From positions 2,356,001 through 2,420,000 of the forward strand of contig OX337232.1 of the NCBI GenBank assembly GCA_946965045.2: a DNA stretch of 64,000 nt, read 5' to 3'. The stretch's first letter is position 1, and the number at the start of each line of letters is the position of its first letter. This stretch comes from Epithemia pelagica. Taxonomy: Eukaryota; Protista; Bacillariophyta. The translations under genes were made by a program, and so were the position numbers. Under the pieces are notes generated by a model. That model did not search any database and was not told where the DNA came from. It worked only from the letters and a program-made list of their open reading frames with translations. Shown here piece by piece: positions 45,201-53,613 of this stretch.

Positions 45201-45611
45201 AGTGTGGTTGTTCAACATGGAAGATGACGAGTTCGCTGTTGCTTTGCAGAGATGTTTAATAACATATTGGCAATGTTGGATTTGTTCCAAAGTCAGATGT
45301 CGTTGACGTCGTTGTTGGTTTTGTTGCAAGAATTCGACACTTGTTTGATACAAATGGTCCATACGAGATAACACCGGACGATGCGGAGTGGGTACATGGT
45401 TTCTGAAATGAGAGGACGACAAGGGTCTAGGTGAACCCGTCGGTTGCTTGAGTGAGGTAAATGGACGAGCCAAGCCCATGTGGTCAAGTGTCAATCTACT
45501 AAAGGATGGGAGTACCTCATATTTCAACATTGCTCCTTGTCGATTTTGGCGGTACTGACTTCTCGTTATCCGTAAACCAACGATGGTGTGTCGACGTGCA
45601 AGGACGATCAT
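42219..45611 (-). CDS. Pentatricopeptide-repeat (PPR) protein, probably organelle-targeted, 1130 aa
   Basis: Repeated helix-pair motifs KSYIHVLRGWA, PTTETFNRVLRAWA, PNPASFGTLISAHA, DCFNAALFAW, PNKRSYESYI, PTANLFTMCI, PTMHMFSGTLNAY; Arg/Ser-rich N-terminus. Confidence 0.85.
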   Translation of the reverse strand: MIVLARRHTIVGLRITRSQYRQNRQGAMLKYEVLPSFSRLTLDHMGLARPFTSLKQPTGSPRPLSSSHFRNHVPTPHRPVLSRMDHLYQTSVEFLQQNQQRRQRHLTLEQIQHCQYVIKHLCKATANSSSSMLNNHTPNHDREKHVSYLQVAQKLLERLERQEDQFIRDTSSSGHSNADRNREVDRILPMKSYIHVLRGWANVGTDHALDQAHTLMQRVLARHRHPPQPPSGEDMKPNASVEATTAYTGDSSRIPHSLYSSFLYACGSCRSHPQARAWANAVMEQLEKDLAEKQQQQQNGEDEKASMASFLLPLHLYNEWILVLASRASTEYGAAAQAEDLLLRMSYMAATQTSTAATTLSTPTESLSLKPRAAWTGPTTETFNRVLRAWAESPENHALLRARDILQLMLKLNQQYPQGSEGLSSISQQPQQEPSLSKPHSSGQSGLGPNPASFGTLISAHAKRREPEMAQEVWDMAWQHFNDAKLPSEQDEVVEQNDLPTSVSVSSLSSSSSLSGQDGNEPSSSSPTSKSDLQVVIDLTDCFNAALFAWVNSCRPYKRSATANEPSSVQHQESQVEGKNDHHKEDELAGDDEDNTTTHFEKAKQAVEGLFRQATTLASNSNPNNSLYRVVVQPNKRSYESYINLYLYQGQVEKADAIVRNLANEYLEQRRQSRQDKESSSPLETNQNKAMPPSTHLVRGVLQAWLRKGGTRYSSIRARANKEKIPSESFNSGQLNDTVHHEEEGSDKRAADMTSLLWLLLECFEEHHCRPDSSCAPTANLFTMCIQQCCQEHAVNDALELLKRAEELRMTHMHAYSCIVHELLLFPESKATPSSLLNTHTTSSSGRKGENALSHSDSTDFNDATNMSHSDRVFLASQLLDRMQRQKVENIQHAGTLYTLVISKLARLGTVEASERARHLLLRCPIPPTMHMFSGTLNAYIRVLEVQRQDRQTQPQDTFHHQDKGTESLVGRVLEIFDKILELDRSPSTAVEVNEMFFYTALRAIELSVLNRKKEDRPVLAENAQTLLTKMIHLSGKDERSDLKPTSRCWDAFFRIMVHGCSSPHDTVLLLHKLVHTVQNNTGGDDYMGHMPSIRTCQYVVEAWRRTNTRRGLNEVQEITQWMEANSQHM

Positions 45612-45840
45612 GATTGTTTTTTCTCGGGATTCTCTTGCTATACCATAAGCAGTTTGTGGCGTTCAATGCTCCCATTCATTGGATAATACAAAGTCTTTGG
45701 GTAGTTGTTGTCTTTACCAAAACATCCATGGACTCATCTCTTTTAAGGATGAGGGAAGCAATGTTGGAATCAGCTGCACGGTCGTAAGATCTGTTGTTGC
45801 CAATCCAAATGGCGAAATGCGCCGAGTGCAGGAGCACTTT

Positions 45841-46080
45841 TGAATAAAAACTGACGGCCAGACGCAATATACGGCTTGCAACAATCAAACTATCAGAAAT
45901 TATGATGACTAAACTAGGGGTGCCCTTTGGGGGCAAATCGCTCATGTAGGGGCCAAATAGCGACCACGGTACCCACTAGCGAACACATAACTAGGGGCCG
46001 GGCGATGCCAGGCGGTGCGTAGCGAGGCATGGCGAGGCCCTTCGTAGGTTACAAAGGGGGCGCCCGTGATTATTTATTCA
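45841..46080 (-). repeat. 3' LTR of copia 3
   Basis: Identical to 52996-53235. Confidence 0.97.
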
Positions 46081-46202
46081 GTCCCCGCGAACAAAATCGG
46101 GGTGGGCAACTTCGTTTAGTTCGTCATGTCAGCAGAGGCCGGTCCAGTACGTCGGACTATTCTTCAAAAGGGGGCGATCCCATTTTGGATCTAAAAGGGG
46201 TG

Positions 46203-49200
46203 CTACCACATGATACGTTGGGCCAAGAATCGCAATCGAGGTCCGGGTAGCAGTTTGGTTAGGATATCGGCAAGATTCGTTTCACCTTCTTCCCATGCAA
46301 TGCGCACAAGTCCAGCAGCTTGCGCTTCACGAGTCCGATGATAAGCAATTGCGTTGTGCTTCTTCTTTAGGACTGATTCCGGCTGCGTCGAGTTCTTAAA
46401 CACAGATTCATTGTCGCAGAACACATTCGTCTCTCCATCCAACGGGATACCCATCATTCGTAACTTATAACGAAATGCTTCAATCATTTCAATGGCAGTC
46501 TTCATCGCCACGAACTCACTGCCAAATGTAGACGTCTCAACAGTGTTTTGTCGTTTTGAATACCACATAATCGGTGCTCGTTGCAAGAACAGTAGGACTC
46601 CTGTTTGAGAGCGCCGTGTGACACGACATCCAGCATGATCAGCATCGACAAAGCAAGTCGTGGTGACAGCGTTTCCACGCGGTGCTGGTGCGTTTGGCGG
46701 AATCGGCTCGGCAGCATCAGGATAATACTCAGACCAATCCGGTCTGGTAAAACGTGACTCGTCGAAGTCAGGGGTTGTGTCGTCGAACACAATGGCGGAT
46801 TTATCGTACTTCTTCAGATACGCGAAGATGTGCAACGTTTGCTCGAGATGTCCTTCTCGTGGATTCGCCATAAAACGGGACATATGGGAGACTGCGGTTG
46901 TAATGTCGATACGACCGAGCTCAACAATCCAACGGAGAATACCGATCAGTCCTTGGTAATAGTTTGCACGTCTTGCGTCGAGTTCAGGAGTCGCGTCCAA
47001 TTCCGGGCGATATCCATCGGCGATTGGCGTCGTCACTTTTGACTTCAGCTTTTCTCCGGATTTCTCCAGTTCCGTTTCGACTTCGGCAAGAGCACGCTTA
47101 CAATACTTGTCAGCGGACATGGCCCAACGATCACGGTTCGACGGATCTTGCGTGTCGGGTATGGTATAACGCCGAATTTCGGATCCCAAGTATTCGTCTG
47201 GTGGTTTGATACTGTCCGGCTTGATCGTATAGCGCCTCTGTAGGTCCTGCATCACGGTTTTGGGATCATGACTAACAATCAGCAGATCATCAATATAGAC
47301 CAAAACATACTCGTAATACTGGAACCCATCAGATGGTCGAGTGTTCGCTCGAAGCCATACATCCGGATCAGCTTGACACATCTTAAATCCCATATCGCGG
47401 AGCGTTGCGGCGATGTGATCACGCCACCTTGCGGCAGAACTTTTGAGACCATATAATGCGCGCACTATAAGTGCAGGTTGTCCAACCTTATCTGGTCCAA
47501 ATTCGAGTCCCGCGGTGGTATAGGTCTTCTCTTTAGTCGGTGCGTTGAGATATGCGTTTTGCACGTCCCCGACGAGAACATCAAGACCATTTAGTGCAGC
47601 GATAGTAAAAGCAATACGTACGCTATCGCGTGATACCACACTAGAATAGGTCGATTCTTTGGGTGGATCAGTTTTGTGGCCTCCGGCCACTAACCGTGCT
47701 TTTCGTCGCAGGTCTGATTTGATGTCAAAAACCATATGACAGGGAATATGCTTGTATCCAGAAGGCACTTCGCCATCAGCTGGAAATTCGAAAGCAATTC
47801 CAACGTTCTTCATTTCTTTCTCAATAGCCTTACGCCAGAAGTCAGTCCCCGTTCGGCGGTCAATCGCCAGGGCTTCTTCCACAGAGTGGGGCAACTCAAT
47901 GCCATACTTGTGCGTTCGCTTCCAATAACGTGACTTTACCTTTTTGATAATGCGGTCTCGTTTGCGAAGTGCACGTGGCACCCACCATGCGAAAGCAGGC
48001 TCTTTTGCGATGCCAGTGGATACTGCGTATTCGGCGGCTTCAATCATATTTCCATTCTTGACGTCTTTGAGCGGCAGCCAAACAGTCGATTGATCGGACA
48101 GTTCACATTGCAATTCCCAGCCTTTCGTTGTGTGGTGTGATGTGCCGTCAAGGAACGATGCGTCTGTTCGCTTAACTGCGGTCTCATCACTGCGGTGACC
48201 CACAATGGCTTTCAATGTGTTGAACGCATTGCCCTCCGGGTCAACTTGCGAATACAGATTCTCTGCGATCATATTGGTTGCATACGACTCGACCAATCCA
48301 TCCGGAAACTGTACATCGTAGTACCGGGTATCAAGGATTGGGTTTGCGTCGCGCTCACCAATAGGTCGACCATGAGCATCTTTCGTGCGTCCAATGATTT
48401 TCGCTCGAGCGCTTTCACCTCCTCGCGGCAGCATGACTTCAGCGGTGAGGTATTCGTCTAGTTCCTCCGGCGTGTACGCGTCGGATTCCAGGGCTTCGGC
48501 CTCTGGGAACAAGGGCTCTAGAAGTTCACCTTCGTCAAAGAGGTCTGGGGGTGGATCGCTCCCAGTTGTGCCATCAGATGGCGGCTCGTTCATTTGCGTT
48601 TGAATAGCGGCATCATAGTCCAACAACTGCTGATGAATCGTTGGATTCTTCAGGTCGTCTTCCGGAATGGCCCACACATCTTTCCGTGTGACATGATTGC
48701 CCTCTTGCGTTAGGATTTCATAGGCCATATCATCGGTGCAATCATCGGCTAAACCCAACCATCGGCCAATCAGTCTTTTTTCGAAGGGAAACTGTGCCAT
48801 GGGCATGCGATAATACACCGGCTGATAGAATTGGAACATGGCTAATGGAGAGATGTCTGGCGTTGAGCCAATTACATGCTCGAACGGTGTACGTCCATCT
48901 AATTCAGGGATATCGGATGCCGTGAGTTGCCGTACGTGTGAGCACCATTTAAGAGCATAGCTCCATAAACGTCGTGGTGCGCCGGTCGTTCTCATAATTT
49001 TGACAACTCCCTTCTTTAGTTCACAAATGCTCGCTTCGGCGGCGTTCTGCCATGGACTATAAGGAACCGTTTTCTCCATCTTGATGCGGTACTCGTTGCA
49101 TATTTCACGGGACTTCCCTAGGAACAATTCTCGGGCACCATCAGATACCATTGTTTGGGGAATCCCTACATTGTGAATCAAAGACATCAATCCTTCCGGA

Positions 49201-50438
49201 TGTTGCTTTTTCGACTTCCAGGGATAAACGTGGTCAAATCCTTTGCCGTCGGTAAAGATCGAGGCGCCCGTGTCCCCGTTCAGTGATACTTCCTTGGCAA
49301 ACATCTCGTCCGAGAACCAACGGCCTTTCACATTAGGGAATTTGAGCCACGGTGCCTTCTTACGGACCTTACGCTCAGATGGGATTAATACGTTTCGTAC
49401 TCCAGCCTGCGTCGTCACTTTAAGCGTATTCTTCGCTTTGGGTAAACCAATGCCCCAACGTTGTGACAGTACGGCTGCATCAAGCACTCCCTTTCCAGCA
49501 GGATCGGCTGGGGAAGACTCGTTAGCAGTCTTGATCATGTACAGCCGACGTTCACGTTTGTCCTCCGGGACTACATCAGGCTCCTCCTTCTCTGGATGAA
49601 CAGTGACCGTCGCTATCAGGCGTTCGTATAGGTCGTCGCCTTGTGCGTCGGCGTCCAGATCGGGTGATGGATTGGCAAAAGCATGCTGGTACGTTCGCAC
49701 TGCTTTGATGAGTCGTGGAATGGAGGATGCGGCAATCGAATTCGGATCGCCATTGCGAACGACAGTAGCGGCAGCTACACCCAGTTTCTCCTCCGCGTCC
49801 GCAAAGGCGGTAGAACGAGGTTGCCATGGGCTATCGGCAGTTAGCACAACGTGTGGCAAGTGTTCCAGCTCGTCAGAAGTGGGTTTGCGAGTGGCGAAGC
49901 CACTTATCACACCAGCCATGGTGAGCGGGATAGTGAGATCGGCATCCGGTACGTGGATACTATGCGTGCTGTGCGGGTCAAACTGTTTAGGTACGTCGTT
50001 GACAACGATGCCATGGGCACGCATCTGGTTCGGACAGAGTAACGAACTGCCCATACGGTCCCCTAAAAACAATGCTTGGTGGATGACAAGCAAGTAAGAC
50101 TGGTTTTCGCTGTCAGTCCAGACAGTAGCAACAGTCGCAATAGGGACATTGGTCAGCGGGTTATATTCCTCCGCGAACGGATGCACACTGATATAGCGGT
50201 GGGCTTCGGAGAGCATTACGAAGTCTCTTCCCACGGCACAGGTGTCCGCATGTGAGTCCAACTCACAGGTGAGCTCAATGGTCTCAACACCATATTTGTC
50301 GGTGTTCATAGCACATAGACGATGTGCGAAACGTTTAGAATAACTATAATGGGTGCCTACAGGTGCATTCGATTGAACAATAAGATTCGTTTTATCAAGT
50401 TTTACTGCTTCGGCAGCGGATGCACAGGGCACACTCCA
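46203..50438 (-). CDS. pol: Copia 3 pol (PR, IN, chromodomain-like, RT, RH), in frame with gag after a single TGA
   Basis: ELDSHADTC, WFSDEMF...VSDGARE...PWQNAAE, KARLVAGG, GDVQNAYL, LYGLKSS, VYIDD, FVDADHAG, SKRQNTVE, ADILTK; no internal stops. Confidence 0.95.
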   Translation of the reverse strand, partial: WSVPCASAAEAVKLDKTNLIVQSNAPVGTHYSYSKRFAHRLCAMNTDKYGVETIELTCELDSHADTCAVGRDFVMLSEAHRYISVHPFAEEYNPLTNVPIATVATVWTDSENQSYLLVIHQALFLGDRMGSSLLCPNQMRAHGIVVNDVPKQFDPHSTHSIHVPDADLTIPLTMAGVISGFATRKPTSDELEHLPHVVLTADSPWQPRSTAFADAEEKLGVAAATVVRNGDPNSIAASSIPRLIKAVRTYQHAFANPSPDLDADAQGDDLYERLIATVTVHPEKEEPDVVPEDKRERRLYMIKTANESSPADPAGKGVLDAAVLSQRWGIGLPKAKNTLKVTTQAGVRNVLIPSERKVRKKAPWLKFPNVKGRWFSDEMFAKEVSLNGDTGASIFTDGKGFDHVYPWKSKKQHPEGLMSLIHNVGIPQTMVSDGARELFLGKSREICNEYRIKMEKTVPYSPWQNAAEASICELKKGVVKIMRTTGAPRRLWSYALKWCSHVRQLTASDIPELDGRTPFEHVIGSTPDISPLAMFQFYQPVYYRMPMAQFPFEKRLIGRWLGLADDCTDDMAYEILTQEGNHVTRKDVWAIPEDDLKNPTIHQQLLDYDAAIQTQMNEPPSDGTTGSDPPPDLFDEGELLEPLFPEAEALESDAYTPEELDEYLTAEVMLPRGGESARAKIIGRTKDAHGRPIGERDANPILDTRYYDVQFPDGLVESYATNMIAENLYSQVDPEGNAFNTLKAIVGHRSDETAVKRTDASFLDGTSHHTTKGWELQCELSDQSTVWLPLKDVKNGNMIEAAEYAVSTGIAKEPAFAWWVPRALRKRDRIIKKVKSRYWKRTHKYGIELPHSVEEALAIDRRTGTDFWRKAIEKEMKNVGIAFEFPADGEVPSGYKHIPCHMVFDIKSDLRRKARLVAGGHKTDPPKESTYSSVVSRDSVRIAFTIAALNGLDVLVGDVQNAYLNAPTKEKTYTTAGLEFGPDKVGQPALIVRALYGLKSSAARWRDHIAATLRDMGFKMCQADPDVWLRANTRPSDGFQYYEYVLVYIDDLLIVSHDPKTVMQDLQRRYTIKPDSIKPPDEYLGSEIRRYTIPDTQDPSNRDRWAMSADKYCKRALAEVETELEKSGEKLKSKVTTPIADGYRPELDATPELDARRANYYQGLIGILRWIVELGRIDITTAVSHMSRFMANPREGHLEQTLHIFAYLKKYDKSAIVFDDTTPDFDESRFTRPDWSEYYPDAAEPIPPNAPAPRGNAVTTTCFVDADHAGCRVTRRSQTGVLLFLQRAPIMWYSKRQNTVETSTFGSEFVAMKTAIEMIEAFRYKLRMMGIPLDGETNVFCDNESVFKNSTQPESVLKKKHNAIAYHRTREAQAAGLVRIAWEEGETNLADILTKLLPGPRLRFLAQRIMW

Positions 50439-52514
50439 TCAGGAGGAATTAGACTTGTCGGCAGACTTGTCAGAGACATTCGGGTCACGGACATCGAATT
50501 CAAGATCGGCGGAATAACGACCGCATACATTACGCCTTCGCTCTGCGGCAGCCAATTGTCCATTGGCAAGCATAGTGTATTTCAAGGCTTCGTCAAACAC
50601 TTCCGTGTGCTCGGCTAAGCGTTTGCACACATGGTACATTTGGCGCTCTTCACGTTCATAGCCTGACATTTTAGACCAGCGCCAAGACCAAATTGGACTA
50701 TTGTGTACAATAGTGTCGATCTCTTCGCGGAAGCTTCCTTTCAGCATACTTTGGTCATGCTTGGTAAGTGAGCGGACGTTGCGAGGCCCTTCAGCATACT
50801 TGCCTTTGACCGGTAGCGGCAGCTTTACAAAGATGTCGCCGTGTTCCGGGACTGGTGGGATGGTCATATGACTCATATCGGGACGTCCGTCCTCTTCCCA
50901 TTGCCACATCGGTGGATAAGTCTCGTATTCCCCCATGGGGCGAGTACGTACGGATTTGACGGACGCAGATCCGGGTTCGTTCGGTTGTGCTTTAGCCTTA
51001 TGCGCGAAAGGTCCAAAGCTGTTGCCAGCTGAGGACTTTGTCGGCTGCGAATCATCTTCGGATGATTTTGCAGGTGAGGCGGAAGCGCGGAACTTAGAGT
51101 GCTTGTCTGGCGACGGTACGTTGTCAACAGAGGAGTCAAGCAAGTTCTCGTCGACTTCCATAATGACCGATACGTTAGTCTTAGCCTCAGGCTTAGCGTC
51201 GTCATCAATGTCTACTGAGATTGCGTCCTCAGCAGTACTCCCATGCGACGTTTTCGACCTCTTCGACGATGCGTTGGAAGAGTCGTCTGTGGTGACGGAT
51301 CCAAGCTTCCGCTTTTCTTTGCGCTCTTTGCGAAGAGCCTGGACTTGTTTGCGTTCGTCCTCCGTCAGGTCTGCCCATTCGTCGGCATCGTAGTGACCAG
51401 CATGAACGCGGTCCTTCTTTTTCTTGCTCTTTTTCTGGTTGCACCCTTTGCCCTTTCCTTTGCTTGGGGTAGTACTAGCAGCAGCGATCTTGCGAGAGTC
51501 GTCCTGCGTTTCGGTTTTGGCGGCACTGTGCACAGTCAAGAAGTATTGCTGGCACGCTTCAAAGTTCTCCAACTTCTCCTGGTCACCGTTGACGACGGTC
51601 TTTGCTTGGACGAGCGTCGGATTGGTGATCCCATTCATAAAATTGGTCACTTTTTTTGTTTCCGCGACCGTTTCGCCAAGCTCTTCCAGGGTGTTGTGCG
51701 CATGTTGGTGACGGTGAATGTAGTCATGGAAGCGGTACTTCCCTCGTCCTGTAAACTTAGCATTTGCGATCTGCGCATAAGCCTGTTTCTTGCGCAGGAT
51801 GCTTGCGGCCTGTCCAGTGGCTTGCCGCTTGACGGTTAGGTAGGCCTCACGGCCGTCCTTTGATTTTGCATGCGTTTTAGCAAACGTCCATGCCGGACCA
51901 TCGTAGATAAGAGGGTAGTACAGCTCATACACTCTGCGTCGGTCGGCTTTGTACTGGTCCCCCTCATGACGAGTGGTCGCGACTAGGTCGTCGTCAATGC
52001 AGTCGTAATCGGCGGTTAGTGCGTCGTCCGGTACGTCGGACTCCTCACGCAATACGTAGGTGAGTGGCACTCCCGTCGTCGGATTACGGTGTTGACCCAA
52101 GTACGTGCGCCACATTCCGTCGTGACGTTCCCAATCGGCAAGGTTCGTTAGCCTTTTGGGTGGTACTGGGTCATCCTGACCATCAGTGGTGGTGGCATTC
52201 GCGAGTTCCGTTACGCGTCTCATCCACTTGGTGATTACGTCACCAGTATAGGCACCAGCATCAAGGTCTTGACCACGGACAGAACGGTATTCCAACCACA
52301 TTCGAAAGCCAAGGAACTTCAGGTTGAATTGGTAGGGTAGAGTGACACCGTCGGGTAGGTTCTTGGCTAGTGTCTTCAGCATGGGCTTTACTTCGTTGAT
52401 AGGAAACTCCAGGAACTGATCCGTTGTCGTGAAGCCCTGTTGCGTTAGGTACCCAACGGTAGCATTGTCGTAGCCACAGCGGCCCAGTGCAGTACGGAAG
52501 GCATTTGCGGCCAT
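50439..52514 (-). CDS. gag: Copia 3 gag, 691 aa, with C-terminal extension
   Basis: First ORF after the PBS and leader; CoDi-type gag motifs (GVPLTYVLR, RRRVYEL, AWTF, DGREAY, KVTNFMNGI). Confidence 0.9.
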   Translation of the reverse strand: MAANAFRTALGRCGYDNATVGYLTQQGFTTTDQFLEFPINEVKPMLKTLAKNLPDGVTLPYQFNLKFLGFRMWLEYRSVRGQDLDAGAYTGDVITKWMRRVTELANATTTDGQDDPVPPKRLTNLADWERHDGMWRTYLGQHRNPTTGVPLTYVLREESDVPDDALTADYDCIDDDLVATTRHEGDQYKADRRRVYELYYPLIYDGPAWTFAKTHAKSKDGREAYLTVKRQATGQAASILRKKQAYAQIANAKFTGRGKYRFHDYIHRHQHAHNTLEELGETVAETKKVTNFMNGITNPTLVQAKTVVNGDQEKLENFEACQQYFLTVHSAAKTETQDDSRKIAAASTTPSKGKGKGCNQKKSKKKKDRVHAGHYDADEWADLTEDERKQVQALRKERKEKRKLGSVTTDDSSNASSKRSKTSHGSTAEDAISVDIDDDAKPEAKTNVSVIMEVDENLLDSSVDNVPSPDKHSKFRASASPAKSSEDDSQPTKSSAGNSFGPFAHKAKAQPNEPGSASVKSVRTRPMGEYETYPPMWQWEEDGRPDMSHMTIPPVPEHGDIFVKLPLPVKGKYAEGPRNVRSLTKHDQSMLKGSFREEIDTIVHNSPIWSWRWSKMSGYEREERQMYHVCKRLAEHTEVFDEALKYTMLANGQLAAAERRRNVCGRYSADLEFDVRDPNVSDKSADKSNSS

Positions 52515-52626
52515 GGTTCAAGGGTCGGATGAAGGGTAGGAGGGTAGTAGAAGGTCAAACGGATGGCAAGGGAAGGCTTGTTCTTGTGCAGAAATTTGCA
52601 ATTGTGATGAGAGGAGCAACAATCTG

Positions 52627-52722
52627 CGAGTGAATCGGCGAGTAGTCGTCCGGCGATTCCGCGAGCGAGCGAGCTGGCGATCGGCGAATCCGCGAGTCGG
52701 CGAACCGGCGATTCCGCGAGCA
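52627..52722. repeat. CpG-dense degenerate repeats (GGCGA[A/T]TCCGCGAG-like) in the copia 3 leader
   Basis: cggcgattccgcgag, cggcgaatccgcgag, cggcgattccgcgag plus shorter cggcga units. Confidence 0.75.
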
Positions 52723-52982
52723 AGCAGGCACGTGTCAAAAGCCAGCAGGCTTATATAGTTGAGTCGTACGGAGCGCGTGGATGGACGGTCCACGTGTACG
52801 AGCACGTGCACGGTACGTTGTGCAGTCGCAAGTCACAAATTAGCGAGTGGGTCCCACAGTGACAAAAACAAGTCACAGAGATGACGCAAGCGAGCGAGTG
52901 ACGAAGCCGCTTAGCGCGAACAACTCCCGAGCGTTGATCAGGCGCTTGCCGTCCGGCGAACAGTGGGGAAACAACAGACTTT

Positions 52983-52995
52983 GGGTCTGATAAAC
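52983..52995 (-). promoter_or_regulatory. Primer-binding site of copia 3, complementary to a tRNA-Ile anticodon arm (anticodon GAT)
   Basis: GTTTATCAGACCC abuts the 5' LTR; complement GGGT-CTGATAA-AC has self-consistent stem pairs. Confidence 0.65.
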
Positions 52996-53235
52996 TGAAT
53001 AAAAACTGACGGCCAGACGCAATATACGGCTTGCAACAATCAAACTATCAGAAATTATGATGACTAAACTAGGGGTGCCCTTTGGGGGCAAATCGCTCAT
53101 GTAGGGGCCAAATAGCGACCACGGTACCCACTAGCGAACACATAACTAGGGGCCGGGCGATGCCAGGCGGTGCGTAGCGAGGCATGGCGAGGCCCTTCGT
53201 AGGTTACAAAGGGGGCGCCCGTGATTATTTATTCA
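52996..53235 (-). repeat. 5' LTR of copia 3
   Basis: Identical to 45841-46080. Confidence 0.97.
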
Positions 53236-53613
53236 CTTTCACATGTTTTTGAGTTTTTGTGGTTTGTGGTCTGCGTCAAACACACCCTGTCGTTCCATCA
53301 ACCATGCTCGAAAACGTCGAATGCGCAAAAATGTCAAAGGGACCGACCGGGATAGTGCTTGGTGGAGGGAAAACTTGCTTCCGATCGAAATTACTACCCT
53401 TGCTTCTAATATCAGATAGCTATGATAGCTGTTCCCAATTCCAACCCTTATCCCCGATACGAGATGATTGTCATACGAAAAGGAACATGCGTTTCACAAG
53501 TCACTTATATCCAATAGAAGCTAGTTGTAAAAAGCACGAAGGACAGATCCCTTCATAAAAATGATCATTCATTTTCCACTCATGCCTTAACATTGTTTCA
53601 CGGACCACAAATA

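Larger units (their letters stand above)
45841..53235 (-). mobile_element. Copia 3: intact Ty1/copia LTR retrotransposon, 7395 bp
   Basis: Identical 240-bp LTRs (TGAATAA...TTATTCA), CTTT repeated on both flanks, PBS, short GCGGGGAC PPT, gag-PR-IN-RT-RH order. Confidence 0.97.

Noticed and set aside
1034-50441. Alternative genetic code or selenocysteine to explain the many in-frame TGAs
   Set aside because: Host-like genes end in TGA (e.g. sHSP at 32901-32903), several TGAs fall at Arg-like positions, and no SECIS is evident; CGA>TGA decay plus local readthrough explains the data more simply.
10751-52995. tRNA genes at the anticodon-like sequences
   Set aside because: Only 11-18 nt of anticodon arm, adjacent to LTRs; these are primer-binding sites, not tRNA genes. 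No rRNA or tRNA gene was recognised in the window.
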